A stretch of 64,000 nt of DNA from Candidatus Bathyarchaeota archaeon (GCA_963833125.1 CAWHWX010000001.1:128001-192000), one strand, 5' to 3'; shown: positions 1-11,008, counted from the first letter of the stretch. The notes: generated by a model from the letters alone, not told the origin. Numbers and translations are program-made.

Positions 1-11
1 CCTGCGATGGT

Positions 12-463
12 TCACTGTACCTTCTGTGAATTCTTCTCTATGATCTGCCACAGTTCCTCTTCAAGAGTGCCGGCGTGCTGCGGCCGTTCCACGAATCGTC
101 CAATTTCTCGCCATGCTCGGTCGTGAACTATTACGGTAGGTATTCGCAGAACTCTCATTTCATCAGCAATGTCCCGGTTCTCATCAAAATCTATCACCTT
201 AACGTTCAAGGCAGCGTTGTTCGCCGCCATGAAAACTTTGGCCAAATCCGGTAGTTGTGCCCTACATTCCGCGTTCCATTCTGTGGCGAAAACAACAAAG
301 AAGAATCGATCTGTTAAGCTCGAAAACTTCTCAATCACAGCAGATTGGGTTGGTATTCTTGAACACGTTTCTTAACCGTCCCTTTCACGGTTTGGTTTTT
401 GATGTTATTGATGTAGTCCCGTAGGCCAGGGTAGGGGCCGATAACGTTTCGGAGAAGCGACAA
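12..463 (-). CDS. Thioredoxin-fold protein with atypical WNAEC active site; apparent frameshift near 340
   Basis: ORF 12..338 has W-N-A-E-C where WCxxC is expected, plus cis-Pro 'IPT' and 'EIGRFVERP'. An upstream frame from TTG 463 (LSLLRNVIGPYPGLRDYINNIK...) stops at 335 and joins it by a one-base shift. Confidence 0.7.
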
Positions 464-644
464 GTGGTCTACCTACTCGGAGTGTTTAGCTTAATCTATG
501 AGAAGAAAAACGGTGGCGTCATACGGACTGCATAGTCTCCATTCTGTTGTCCGATTTCCACATGCTAATGGCTGGTTCAATAGGTTATTAGATTTTCGGC
601 GTACGTTGATGGTGACTTTGCATGGAACATAGACTCGTTGCCGC

Positions 645-2624
645 CTAGGATGCGTTGGCCAGCAGGGCTTTTTTGGCAATTAACTCAAACTTGCCATTCC
701 CAGCCAATTTCTTCGCTACTCCGTAAACTTCGATCTCTCTTCCTATTACCTTCGAAAATTGTTCTTTGCTCAGCGGCATCTCGTATTCATGATTCTTGAC
801 CATTTGATACTTGATGTCAGCAAGGTTCAAGATCGGCAGGGCCTGCTCATCGAGATCGGAGAAAACTACATCGGCTACACCTGTTCCGTCATCAATTCGC
901 ACTCGTCCCGTGAGCACAAACCTTCCAGATCGTGGCTTTTTGCAAGATTCGCACCTATACTCATTTTCAGAAGTCCTCAACGACGATCCACAGATTTCGC
1001 ATAAGGCAACTAGCTTGGGGGCTTCAACTACTTCAAGCACCATACCCTTTACCCAGGTACTTAGTTCCGGTTCCAGAGCAATGACGTGTCTTATGTCCTC
1101 CCAGGCAGGTTTTTCCTTTACAATCTCATCAAGAACCTCGATTCGGGAGAGAGGGATTGAACTCAATTCGAAATCTCCGGTCAGTCCAGTCCGAACCTTG
1201 AGCCCTTGAATTCTCACATGCAAGCCCGTACGGAGCTTTAGAACATCCGCGGCTTGGTCTCGCCAGAAAGTAACTCTGGAGGAACTCGAGCCGTCTCGAA
1301 GAGTAAATGAGGAGAGGTTTATCGTTTCACCCTTTTCTGTGACCACCTGCCTGGATAATGGTTGATCACTCACTGAACCCTCCACGGTAACGAGCCCTTT
1401 CGATTGCTGGAGGGTGTTTAAGCTGGTAACAGGTCTAAGCTCTACCGATTTCCCCGAGGTCTTCTGCAGTGCGCCTGACCTGCCTAAACTCAGCATAATT
1501 TCTCCCATTCTTTCGCGAACCGAGACTCCCTTAACTTCAATGACGTCGCCCTCTGCAAGGTCGTTTACGAGCAGTGCTTTTTCGTCCCATAGCGAGAGGG
1601 AAACCATCCCAGATTCGTCCTCAACTATGAGCCTAGCCACTTTGACCGTCTCGCCGGTCTGCCTCTTAATTTCCTGAGGCAGTCCTTTCGCGAGGACACG
1701 GACATAAAGGTCCGCGGATCCTGTTTGATCATTCAGGTCTGCAATCTTGTAGGACTTAGTGCCGGGGATCTTGAGATAGTCGGGCGCGGATTTTAGCAGT
1801 TGAATTTGGCTTCTGCTCTCGACGTGTAATTCGAGTCGGGAGTTTTTGTCGAGACGCACTCGGCCATTCATCATCTGGACTATGTTCCCATTCTTCACCT
1901 CCCTCAATTCCTCAGCCCTCTCATTCCAAGCAACAAGTGGAATGCTTCCAGATTCATCAGCAACTATCGTTCTGAGTACACTCCCCGTTCTTTCTTCCTT
2001 CGCGAATGTGTAGTACCTGGGCTCCATCTGGACAACACCTATCGCGTTCACCTGGCTCGCGCCCTCAGTCAGTTTTCCGAGTGGAGTGAAGAGATCTCCG
2101 AATTCTGGCAAATCAGCCTTGGGCATGTCCGTGGGGTCAATCTGTATGCTGCTTCGTTCACCTGCATGAATCTCTGTGTCTCCGGATAATCCCTGTCGCG
2201 TGTAGGCATGTCCAATTCTCAACACCCGTCCCTGCAGATTACCGGCCCGAGAAAGTACGTCAACATGCTTGTCCCATATCGCGCAACGAGCGCGATCAGA
2301 TTTGTCTGCGATGAGAATTCGCATGACGCGCCCTGGGGTTCCATCTCGTCTTTGGAATTGTTGTGGTGGCCACGTCATCAGGACTCGTCCAGAGATGTTC
2401 ACGTCATTCAATCCGGAAACGAGGTCTTTCACTTGCATGTGTCCGAGGTCCGATCCGCGGGTTTGTATAAGAAGCTCTTCCGCGACTAACCTCGCGGCAC
2501 CTTCGTCTGAAAGCAATCCGCGGCCTTCCTTCTTCTTCTCCTCGATCAAAGCGAGGATCTGTTCAGGTGAAAGCTCGCGGCGTTTGGCGAGTATATCCTC
2601 GACTATAGTTTGGACGATGGACAA
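645..2624 (-). CDS. rpa: Replication protein A (multi-OB-fold ssDNA-binding protein with C-terminal zinc finger)
   Basis: N-terminal 'GLLSDEGAARLVA', four repeated OB motifs (D.SG.....W.....) and a C-terminal OB fold with CxxC..CxxC and 'RIDDGTG'. Confidence 0.9.
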   Translation of the reverse strand: MSIVQTIVEDILAKRRELSPEQILALIEEKKKEGRGLLSDEGAARLVAEELLIQTRGSDLGHMQVKDLVSGLNDVNISGRVLMTWPPQQFQRRDGTPGRVMRILIADKSDRARCAIWDKHVDVLSRAGNLQGRVLRIGHAYTRQGLSGDTEIHAGERSSIQIDPTDMPKADLPEFGDLFTPLGKLTEGASQVNAIGVVQMEPRYYTFAKEERTGSVLRTIVADESGSIPLVAWNERAEELREVKNGNIVQMMNGRVRLDKNSRLELHVESRSQIQLLKSAPDYLKIPGTKSYKIADLNDQTGSADLYVRVLAKGLPQEIKRQTGETVKVARLIVEDESGMVSLSLWDEKALLVNDLAEGDVIEVKGVSVRERMGEIMLSLGRSGALQKTSGKSVELRPVTSLNTLQQSKGLVTVEGSVSDQPLSRQVVTEKGETINLSSFTLRDGSSSSRVTFWRDQAADVLKLRTGLHVRIQGLKVRTGLTGDFELSSIPLSRIEVLDEIVKEKPAWEDIRHVIALEPELSTWVKGMVLEVVEAPKLVALCEICGSSLRTSENEYRCESCKKPRSGRFVLTGRVRIDDGTGVADVVFSDLDEQALPILNLADIKYQMVKNHEYEMPLSKEQFSKVIGREIEVYGVAKKLAGNGKFELIAKKALLANAS

Positions 2625-2865
2625 AGGTTCGTTCGCCTTACAGCAGATTCACTCCAGGAAGTTGACCAGAAATTAACTAAATCCTCTCGTAGCGCCTTTC
2701 ACCGGGCATAACAATCAATGTCCTCATTTCTGCAGTGAAGCACATTAAAATCTTCACTCATTCGCTGAACCAAGCGCCATATACGCATATGGGAAATAGG
2801 TTTCGTTCCACCGAGGGCAACGGGAGGGACCGTAACGAATTCAAGGTTGTCCGACGTAATCTTCC

Positions 2866-3135
2866 TTGATTCGACCTATGGAAGCTCCGTACACTAAGGT
2901 GGGTCGCATCGAACACTTCTACTCGAAAGCAAGCGTAGCTATTGTGGAAGTCACATCAGCGCTCAAGCAGGGGGATAAGATAACGATTCGAGGTAGCACT
3001 ACGAAGGTTGATCAAACGGTGGACTCAATGGAGGTTGAACATAAACAGGTTCCCCTCGCCGAAGCTGGACAGCGGGTCGGCCTCAAGGTAGCGGGTCGAG
3101 TCCGAGAGAACGATATCGTATACAAAGTGGCATAA
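2866..3135 (+). CDS. Small EF-Tu domain-II-like beta-barrel protein (U32 peptidase C-terminal-like)
   Basis: 'VGRIEHFYSKASVA...LKQGDKITIRG.TT..Q.V.SM...AGQRVGLKV..RVRE.D.VYKV'; likely start is ATG 2878. Confidence 0.75.
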   Translation: MIRPMEAPYTKVGRIEHFYSKASVAIVEVTSALKQGDKITIRGSTTKVDQTVDSMEVEHKQVPLAEAGQRVGLKVAGRVRENDIVYKVA

Positions 3136-3184
3136 GGTTAGAATAGCCCGTTACTGAGTAACGAACGAATAAGGTGCAAGAATC

Positions 3185-3508
3185 TTGGCGGACGTCACAA
3201 TCGAAGGAACCGTACTAGTCGTTACACCCATACAATCCTCGCAGGGTAGACCTATGGTGCAGATGCAATTGGGCGATACGATCAAGGGACCCGTCACGAT
3301 GCCTCTGGACATGGACCGGGAAATGGCCGGGGTTACGATTGCGGTTCAGAGGGTACTTACACAACTGCCGGGCGTCGGCCAGCAACTTGGAACCCCGCGC
3401 CTAATCGTCACCCTAACCGAAGAAGAGTACCAAGAATTAGGGCGCCCGCGGTATCCTGATCACTTGTCGATAACGTTGAAAGTGATCATCCTAACCAGTC
3501 TAACATAG
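3185..3508 (+). CDS. Arcadin-1-like protein
   Basis: Size and motifs recall Thermoproteales arcadin-1: 'I.G.V', 'QRVLTQLPG', 'PRLIVTLTEEEYQELG.P'. Recognised from memory, not searched. Confidence 0.6.
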   Translation: MADVTIEGTVLVVTPIQSSQGRPMVQMQLGDTIKGPVTMPLDMDREMAGVTIAVQRVLTQLPGVGQQLGTPRLIVTLTEEEYQELGRPRYPDHLSITLKVIILTSLT

Positions 3509-3518
3509 CTGAACGTTT

Positions 3519-6383
3519 TCAGTCCCAGAACAACCTGGTTCTCGCGTATTCCCGTTCGGCTTTCAGAATGTCCAAGTATAGGTCTTCCTCTGTCCGGTGA
3601 ACCTTTCTAAGAATCCGGGTCGCCGTTGTCGGGCCTACGCCCCGCCCACTCAGAACGACAACCGCCTCTCTACCTTTCGTCTGGACCAAACTGGCGCTAA
3701 AGCAGGCTTGTCTCCACACATGGTCTTCCTCCGGCGTCAACTTCGAGTTTCTTTTCTTCTTCTTCACCACCTTCACGAGCTGATCATTCCGTGGATAAGT
3801 CGCAGCGATAAGGGTCGATCCACATTTGGGACAACGGATCTTCTGCCCTATCTGATCGACCACCCTTATCGCGTCCCAATCACCATTGAAGATGCAGACC
3901 AAACGGACTGTTTCCGATAAGAGACGCTCTCGAACAATGTCAGTCAGCGGCTTCGAAGGAACTACGGGTCTGAGTAAGTCATGCGGGATTATCTTGTCGA
4001 CAATCGGTGTAGCGAAAGGAGAGCACGTGTCGGCTTTTTCTGTGACTACGTCGACTCCAATTTCCCTGTTCAGGATCTTCGCAACTGTTTCTTGAGTAGT
4101 TGGTAGGTCGAATTTTTCGAGAAGAACCTCTCTATTCGTTTCAGTGTTGACCGGTGTTTGCTTCATCGCACGTACTAGCATCCGCGCACGGTTTGTTTTG
4201 TAGTCGGCTTTCCTTTCTATGACACCGAAGCGTCGGGCTACGTGCCAATGTCGCCATGCGAAGAGGTCTGAATTCTGGAGGGCCTCCACGAGAATATTCT
4301 CAACATCTTCTGGGGTGAACTTCAGAAGTTCAAGGGCCACAGTTTCCGGTTCGATTTTGAAGGGACATATGAGCGCTATGCGGTATGGGTCGGTTTGGGT
4401 TAGTACGTTCACTCCATATTTCGAGCTGAGTAGGGAGGCGAGTATCATTGCTAGGGTGTCGTTAACCGTACTACCAAAACACGCGTGGATGATAATGCAG
4501 TTCTCGAATTTCTCGATAATGATGCGCCGATCTGACGGTAATTGTGAATGTTTCAGCTCGGCGCTTATGGTTTCGGTGATCTTGACCAGGGCCTCTTCGT
4601 TAAGTTGGAGTTGCTGCTGTATCTTTCTCAGTTCTTCGGGTTGATCGATCGACCGAAGCTATCTGGGCTCTCAACCTGCCGACTTCTTGAGCCGTTTCAA
4701 AGCTAACTGGAATGATTTCTCCCTCCCAGCTCGGAATAGCGTCAAGTGTGGGAGCCGTGGGCTCTACTTCGACCGAGAGTTTCTCTTCGTTTACGTTGAT
4801 GATCTTCCAGGTTTGTCCATGGATGATGAAGATCGTGCCCCCTTTACACTTCCTGGACACGAATCCTTGATCCAGCGTCCCAATTCGGCGTTTCCTGAAG
4901 AAGTCGAAGACATCGAATCTCTTCACGTCAGGGATGACGGAGAGGTTTTCGTAGTAATAGTCGGAAGGTTCTCGGGTAACGGGCTGATACCACATCGTCG
5001 ATGAGTCTGATTATTCTGATTGAGTCGAGAAACTTTACGAAATCATGTAACTCTTCGCCGTGTGAAGTTGCGATAGGAGTAACAGTGTTGGATGATCTCG
5101 TAGATGTCGGCGAGTTTGGCTCTCTTCAAATCGAGTGCGATGCCGGCTATTTGATGTGCCAATACATCGAGAGCGTTGTCGTGTATTGCTGTCTTCTCAA
5201 TTTTCGCGGCTTTGGCGTTGGCGGCCAACACGGCCGCTTCCAAGAGATCGTCGGCCCATGCGCCTATGATCGTTCCCTGGGCGAGGCCTCGTAAAGTATG
5301 GCCGCTCCGGCCGATTCTTTGAATTAAACGCGTGGACATCCTGGGCGACATGTACTGGACAATATAGTCCACCCTGCCAATATCCATCCCCAGCTCCAGC
5401 GAAGACGTGCAAATTACGCCCTTCAGCGACCCGTCGTGGAAAGCCTTCTCAACCTCTTCCCGAATTTCACGTGAAAGTGATCCATGGTGGACGCGTATCG
5501 GTAACTCCGGCTTCAAAGCACGTAGCTGCGACCCCACCGCTTCTGCTTGTTCGCGTGTATTCGTGAAAACTAGTGTCGACCGTTTGTCTGCAATTATCTC
5601 CCCGATTCTCTTCGATCTCGCAATAGTTGTTGGAGGTAATCCGAACTTATCGGCATCCTTGGCGTCTTCGGGATTCGGGGTGACGTACTCGATCCCAATC
5701 TGGACTTGTCGGAGTTCAGCTGATTTCGCAACCGTCACGCTTCGGTTTGTCCCTACCAGAAACTGGCCGACCTTATCTTCCTCACCCACGGTCGCGGAAA
5801 GCCCTATTCTTTGAAAACTACGCCCAGCAAGGTGCTCTAATCGTTCTAACGCTAATGCTAGTTGGATACCTCGTTTGTCCGTAGCAAGTTCATGAATCTC
5901 ATCAACCACAACCCACATGACACCTTTCAGATGCTCCCGCATCCTCTTACCCGGAAGAATCGCTTGCAGAGTCTCGGGCGTAGTAACCAGCATCTCGGGT
6001 GGTGATCTTGCTTGCGCGGCTCGAGCGCTGGTGGTGGTATCCCCGTGCCTAACTTGGACTTTGATGTCCAACTCTTTCCCAATGTCCGTAAGTCTACGAA
6101 CAATGTCCCGGTTTAGCGCTCTCAACGGAGTGACATAGAGTATCGAGATCCCTCTCGTTTCACCAGCAGACCGACGCTCAATGAACATGTTGAAGATCGG
6201 GAGGACGCATGCAAGCGTTTTCCCGGTTCCTGTAGGGGCGATCACGAGAACGTTTCGACCCTCAAGTATGGGAGGTATGGCGATTTGCTGTATGTCGCTC
6301 GGCTCTTCTAACCCAATACTCTCTAGGTGGGCGCGGATAGGCCGGTGCAATTGCGCGAACGAATTCTCCATCAACCAACTCAC
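3519..6383 (-). CDS. lhr: Lhr-family SF2 DEAD/DEAH-box helicase (split by ~3 frameshifts)
   Basis: APTGTGKT, TPLRALNRD, DEIHE, GLSAT, HHGSLS, SSLELGMD and QRIGRSGH in 5043..6383. Continues in 4600..4995 (IPSWEGE) and 3519..4448 (CPKC, GRGVGP, terminal FWD). Confidence 0.9.
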
Positions 6384-6470
6384 CCTACACTATGCAGGCT
6401 CCAAGCCCGCTACCCGTTACCACCAATCGAAAACTGTCTAATCCTGTACTCTGCGGAACAATCATCCTGT

Positions 6471-6581
6471 TTACGCAGAAGGTTTCTCGTAGGCTAAGTA
6501 TACGAAGATTACAATTACGGCTACGAACGCCAGGAATGTTATGCCGATCTGGAGGAGTCCCCAGAACTCATCAGTTGTCAA
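6471..6581 (-). CDS. 36-aa single-pass membrane microprotein (not in ORF track)
   Basis: TTG 6581 to TAA 6471 reads MTTDEFWGLLQIGITFLAFVAVIVIFVYLAYEKPSA, one clean hydrophobic helix. A TTTTAAA TATA-like box lies ~40 nt upstream. Confidence 0.6.
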   Translation of the reverse strand: MTTDEFWGLLQIGITFLAFVAVIVIFVYLAYEKPSA

Positions 6582-6642
6582 GATTCTAACGCACGCCTGT
6601 CGCTAGAAAGGAAATGCCCATTTAAAAAGTACTCAGTCGGAT

Positions 6643-7065
6643 TTAGTACCCGTATCTCTCGCGCGCCATCGATCCGTGACGGTTGAATATTGTGAATCGC
6701 TGTGTTGCGATCTTCTCATACTTACCGAGGGCCGCTGCGATACGTTGGGCGATTATGTGATAACACAAGCCCCGCTTCCGATCCATTACTCGGAAGTAGT
6801 AATCGTCACAATAGCAGAAGGGTATGTCAGGCATGACCTGGTATTGGCTTGTTCTACCCTGAACAACCCACACCGCCCGTCCACTAGGATTAAAGTCGTA
6901 TCGCGTCACCTTCTTTGAATTTGCAAGCTCCCAGCCGTTAGTGAATCGCTCTCCCAACACTTTCTTCAACGACTCACTAAGTTGCGCGGAAAGTTCCTTA
7001 CCCGATTCAAGTTCACTGTAAGCCTTATCCATCAACTCCTTCTCTTGATGGAAAGCAGTTGACAT
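6643..7065 (-). CDS. SWIM zinc-finger protein
   Basis: 'FCYCDDYYFRV....GLCYHIIA' is the CxC-xn-CxH SWIM motif; the C-terminus may be frameshifted. Confidence 0.8.
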   Translation of the reverse strand: MSTAFHQEKELMDKAYSELESGKELSAQLSESLKKVLGERFTNGWELANSKKVTRYDFNPSGRAVWVVQGRTSQYQVMPDIPFCYCDDYYFRVMDRKRGLCYHIIAQRIAAALGKYEKIATQRFTIFNRHGSMARERYGY

Positions 7066-7253
7066 CTTAATTCCAACAACAATGAAACTCGGTGACGACT
7101 CGAATTCTAGAGGCTTCTTTCTCTGAATTCCCTCTATTTATTGACCGAGTATTGATCGATTCTCAACGCGTCCTCGCTAACGTCAGGAAACGTTTTTAAG
7201 TTGTCCCGCTTGGGATTACCCACTCGCGCTAGAAACTTATTCTGCGCGTCGCC

Positions 7254-7952
7254 TTGTGCTCCGGAATATGTTTTCGGAGGAAAAACAAACTCATGTACCA
7301 CGAACAGAAGAACAATAATCCGAATATGCCGAAATACGTACTGACAGGAACAACCACGATGGGCCTTGTCTGTAGTGATGGAATAGTTCTAGGAACCGAC
7401 ACTCGCGCCACGCTCGGAACATTCGTAGCCCACAAACGAGCTAAGAAGGTCTACCAAATCGACGACCACGTCGCCATGACAATAGCAGGGGGCGTTGCAG
7501 ATGCGCAGAGCGTTGTCCAGACGCTAAGTGCAAATGCGAAACTCTACAAGTACGAAAAAGGGCTGCCCATGCCGATCCCTGCCATAGCACGCCTAGCAGC
7601 CAACTTACTGTTCTCCGCTCGATACTATCCATTCATACTTCAATCCATAATTGGCGGAATGGATGATAGCGGCACTCACATATTCGCTCTCGACCCACTC
7701 GGTAGCGTAACCGAAGAAAAATTCGTGTCAACTGGCTCCGGATCGCCCGTAGCTTACGGTGTACTCGAGCCCGGTTACAAGGAAGGCATGTCCATCAGTG
7801 AGGCCATACCGCTGGTGGTTCGCGCAGTAACTTCCGCGATGAAACGTGACTCAGCTAGCGGCGACAGTTTTGACGTCGCCGTCATAACGAAAGAAGGGTA
7901 CAGAGAATTAAGCGAGGACGAGAAAAAGAAACTGGCCATACCAGCCAGCTAA
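7254..7952 (+). CDS. psmB: Proteasome beta subunit (catalytic; propeptide then G|TTT)
   Basis: 'TGTTTMGLVCSDGIVLGTDTRAT', 'TGSGS', 'RDSASGD'; true start is probably ATG 7293 or later. Confidence 0.95.
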   Translation: MCSGICFRRKNKLMYHEQKNNNPNMPKYVLTGTTTMGLVCSDGIVLGTDTRATLGTFVAHKRAKKVYQIDDHVAMTIAGGVADAQSVVQTLSANAKLYKYEKGLPMPIPAIARLAANLLFSARYYPFILQSIIGGMDDSGTHIFALDPLGSVTEEKFVSTGSGSPVAYGVLEPGYKEGMSISEAIPLVVRAVTSAMKRDSASGDSFDVAVITKEGYRELSEDEKKKLAIPAS

Positions 7953-7990
7953 GCGCCCGTAATGAGAATTCTAAGTAACTAAACTTCAAG

Positions 7991-9922
7991 GTGGATTCGG
8001 CAGTGGCTAGACTAGTAGATGATACTCAGGCAAGGATACGCGAAACCATAGTCACCCACATGCCGAAAGAAGCCGAGATCACAAGAATCGAATTCGAAGG
8101 ACCACGTCTCGCAATATACGTCAAGAACGTTGGGCTTCTCCTTGAACAGAGCCACATCGTAACCGAAATCGTCAACCTACTCCATAAGCGGGTTGTGGTA
8201 CGCTCTGACCCATCGATTCGACTAAAAGAGATTGAAGCTGAACGCCTGATAAAGGGAATCGTTCCCGCTGAAGCCGAAATTACTGAGATAAACTTCGACC
8301 CAAGTCTCGGCGAGGTTGTTATCGAAGCCAAGAAACCTGGGTTAGCCATAGGAAAGGATGGGTCCACACTTTCGGAAATCATCAAGACCACGAGTTGGCG
8401 GCCTAGAGTTCTCCGTGCCCCACCACTTCCATCAAAAATCATAGCGAGCAGCCGACACATCCTACACTCCGAAAGCGAAGAGAGAAGCAGGATCTTCCGC
8501 GATGTAGGAGAACGAATCTTCCGTCCCAGGTTATCCAAAACATCATCCGTCTACTTGACGACACTCGGAGGATTCCACGAAGTCGGCAGATCAGCAATGC
8601 TCATAGAAACTGAAGAAAGCTGTGTCCTAATGGATTGCGGCATCAACGCCGGTGCAGACATCCCCCAATACGCATATCCCAGATTAGATTCCGACGACTT
8701 CGACATCGAGAAACTAGACGCGGTCATCCTCTCACACGCACATCTCGATCATTGCGGGCTGATTCCGATCCTCTACAAGTACGGGTACGATGGACCCGTT
8801 TACTGTTCGGAGCCGACGGCGGTGTTGATGACTTTACTGCAATTGGATTACTTGGACATATTCGGTAAGGAAGGAGGCCACCCGCCATATGACCAGAAGG
8901 ACGTGCGGGAAGTTGTCTTGCACACCATACCAGTCAAGTACGGAGTCGTAACCGATGTGGCTCCAGACATCAAACTTACCCTCCACAACGCAGGCCACAT
9001 AATCGGAAGCTCCATAGTCCATCTCCACATCGGCGAAGGCCTCCACAATGTTGTGTACACGGGAGACTTCAAGTTCGGCAGGACCATGCTGCTCGAACCG
9101 GCCACTTGCTCTTTTCCGCGCGCTGAGACATTGATCATGGAGAGTACGTATGGTGGGCCGGATGATGTCATGTCGGATAGGGAGACGGTGGAAGGTCGAC
9201 TTGCAAAGATTGTGAATGAGACTGCTGAGAGAGGCGGTAGAGTTCTGATTCCGACGCTTGCTGTGGGACGTGCTCAGGAGATAATGCTTGTTTTGAACGC
9301 TTACATGAAGGACAAGAAGATCAAAGAGCTCCCGATTTTTTTGGAGGGCATGATTTCCGAGGCCACGGCGATTCACACAGCCTACCCTGAATACCTCTCC
9401 CGCAACCTCCGAGAACAAATTTTGTACAAGGACATTAACCCATTCCAGTCAGAATACTTCACGAATGTGGATCACCCCTCTGAACGTGAGAAGATCGCAA
9501 CGGGACCCCCATGCATCATACTCGCTACTTCAGGGATGATGGAAGGCGGGCCTGCGATAGATTATTTCCGTTACATGGCACCCGACGAGAAGAATACCTT
9601 GGTTTTTGTCAGCTACCAAGTTGAAGGAACATTAGGAAATAGGCTGAAGAATGGCGCCCGTGAAGTTTCCTTGATGGGACGCAACGGCAAACTTGAAGCC
9701 TTGAAAGTCAACCTACACGTCGATGCTGTTGAAGGCTTCTCGGGTCATTCCGACAGAAACCAACTCTTCGCTTTCCTTAAGCGGGTGTCACCTAGGCCTT
9801 CGAGAGTAATAATGGGACATGGAGAAAGACGAAAGACCGATCTATTTGCGCACCAAGTATCAAGAATTCTGAAACTGCGAACGGTAGCGCCCGACCTACA
9901 AGAGAAGTTAAGACTGAGGTAG
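7991..9922 (+). CDS. fttA: aCPSF1/FttA beta-CASP ribonuclease with N-terminal KH domains
   Basis: 'IEFEGP', KH 'KPGLAIGK.G', 'SHAHLDH', 'AGHIIGS', 'GFSGHSD'; conserved position downstream of psmB. Confidence 0.95.
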   Translation: MDSAVARLVDDTQARIRETIVTHMPKEAEITRIEFEGPRLAIYVKNVGLLLEQSHIVTEIVNLLHKRVVVRSDPSIRLKEIEAERLIKGIVPAEAEITEINFDPSLGEVVIEAKKPGLAIGKDGSTLSEIIKTTSWRPRVLRAPPLPSKIIASSRHILHSESEERSRIFRDVGERIFRPRLSKTSSVYLTTLGGFHEVGRSAMLIETEESCVLMDCGINAGADIPQYAYPRLDSDDFDIEKLDAVILSHAHLDHCGLIPILYKYGYDGPVYCSEPTAVLMTLLQLDYLDIFGKEGGHPPYDQKDVREVVLHTIPVKYGVVTDVAPDIKLTLHNAGHIIGSSIVHLHIGEGLHNVVYTGDFKFGRTMLLEPATCSFPRAETLIMESTYGGPDDVMSDRETVEGRLAKIVNETAERGGRVLIPTLAVGRAQEIMLVLNAYMKDKKIKELPIFLEGMISEATAIHTAYPEYLSRNLREQILYKDINPFQSEYFTNVDHPSEREKIATGPPCIILATSGMMEGGPAIDYFRYMAPDEKNTLVFVSYQVEGTLGNRLKNGAREVSLMGRNGKLEALKVNLHVDAVEGFSGHSDRNQLFAFLKRVSPRPSRVIMGHGERRKTDLFAHQVSRILKLRTVAPDLQEKLRLR

Positions 9923-9954
9923 ACTAGGCCCCAGCTCAGCGCAGAAAAGACGGA

Positions 9955-10320
9955 CTAGTTTTCCTCGTTAGATGCCACGCCAGTAGCGGTGGCTTCTACA
10001 GGAGAATTCTCTCTCCGACGCCAAACCTTGACGGTAGGCGGCGTCATGACAATTCGTTCCTCGCCGAGTCTTGCGATATCTCCTTGAATTGATTTCACGA
10101 AAGCTAAGAGTTCACTGATAGCAGACTTGGTCTCCTCGACGCTCCTCTTGGCTATAGGGCTGATTTTAACGATCAATATATTTCCCTCAATTATCTCCGC
10201 CTTGATCCTCGGCACATCAGTTGGATCACGAAGCGGGAACGCCTTAACATAGATTGGATGCTGAATTGAAGGATTAACTAAAGGAAACCTTTCGTCTCCT
10301 ACATAATTAGAGCCAATCAA
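9955..10320 (-). CDS. sepF: Cell division protein SepF (archaeal)
   Basis: 'IK.EI.EGNILIV.I.P', 'GDIARLGEERIV.TP..VKVWR'. Confidence 0.8.
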   Translation of the reverse strand: MIGSNYVGDERFPLVNPSIQHPIYVKAFPLRDPTDVPRIKAEIIEGNILIVKISPIAKRSVEETKSAISELLAFVKSIQGDIARLGEERIVMTPPTVKVWRRRENSPVEATATGVASNEEN

Positions 10321-10519
10321 ATTTAGTCCAGCTAATTCGAGCGGTTTCTCTCTGGATAACAGTTTAAACGTTTGCGCCCAAAGGGAGGGATTCTAACATG
10401 CCCGTGTTAAGACTTAGGAGGGCCAGCATAGAGAAGTGTGCGGAGGTTGTCACGCACGCGCCTACAAATTCAGCACCATAACACAGCGGAATTACGTCGA
10501 TTTCTACTGGAAAAATGGC

Positions 10520-11008
10520 TCAACTGGGCTTGTTATAGGCCGTCCAAAGCTCGTCACCGACGAAATGAACGTTTTTGATAACCTTACCCTTACTCATCGA
10601 CTTCATTTCCGTCGACTCTACTTCGGCTAGGCCTAAAGCGAGTGGCTTACCGTATTTTTCATCTACAATTACCAGCAGATCGCCCTTAGCAAGATTGCTC
10701 GGAACTTCCCTTATTCCAGGGCGCATAATATCGGCGCCGTTTGCGACATGCGCCACTGCGCCCATATCGACAACAACTCGCGGCAACAAGTTGACAAATT
10801 TATCGAACTTCAACGATGGGAGTAAACCAATTGTTCTCCGCAGGATCCAGGGTGAATTATCCACGAAATACACCATCTCGTCACCGACCTCGAGCTCATC
10901 AAAGCTCTTCGCCGCTACGAGTAATCCTTCACTGCCAGGATAACGACCAACGAATTCTCTAACAAGCCCCTTGACTTCTTTGTCTTTAAGACGGATCATT
11001 GACGGCAA
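10520..11008 (-). CDS. Pre-PUA/PUA RNA-binding protein (Tma20/MCTS1-like, DUF1947)
   Basis: 'VVVDMGAV.HV.NGADIMRPGI', 'KGKVIKNVHFVGDELW'. Confidence 0.9.
   Translation of the reverse strand: MPSMIRLKDKEVKGLVREFVGRYPGSEGLLVAAKSFDELEVGDEMVYFVDNSPWILRRTIGLLPSLKFDKFVNLLPRVVVDMGAVAHVANGADIMRPGIREVPSNLAKGDLLVIVDEKYGKPLALGLAEVESTEMKSMSKGKVIKNVHFVGDELWTAYNKPS

Noticed and set aside
2775-2845. Hairpins upstream of the 2866 gene as a riboswitch or H/ACA RNA
   Set aside because: Stems are short and I recognised no conserved riboswitch, K-turn or ACA signature.
10398-10481. Short ORF MPVLRLRRASIEK... and small hairpins between sepF and the PUA gene
   Set aside because: No motif or coding signal beyond a weak SD; cannot be supported as a gene or ncRNA.
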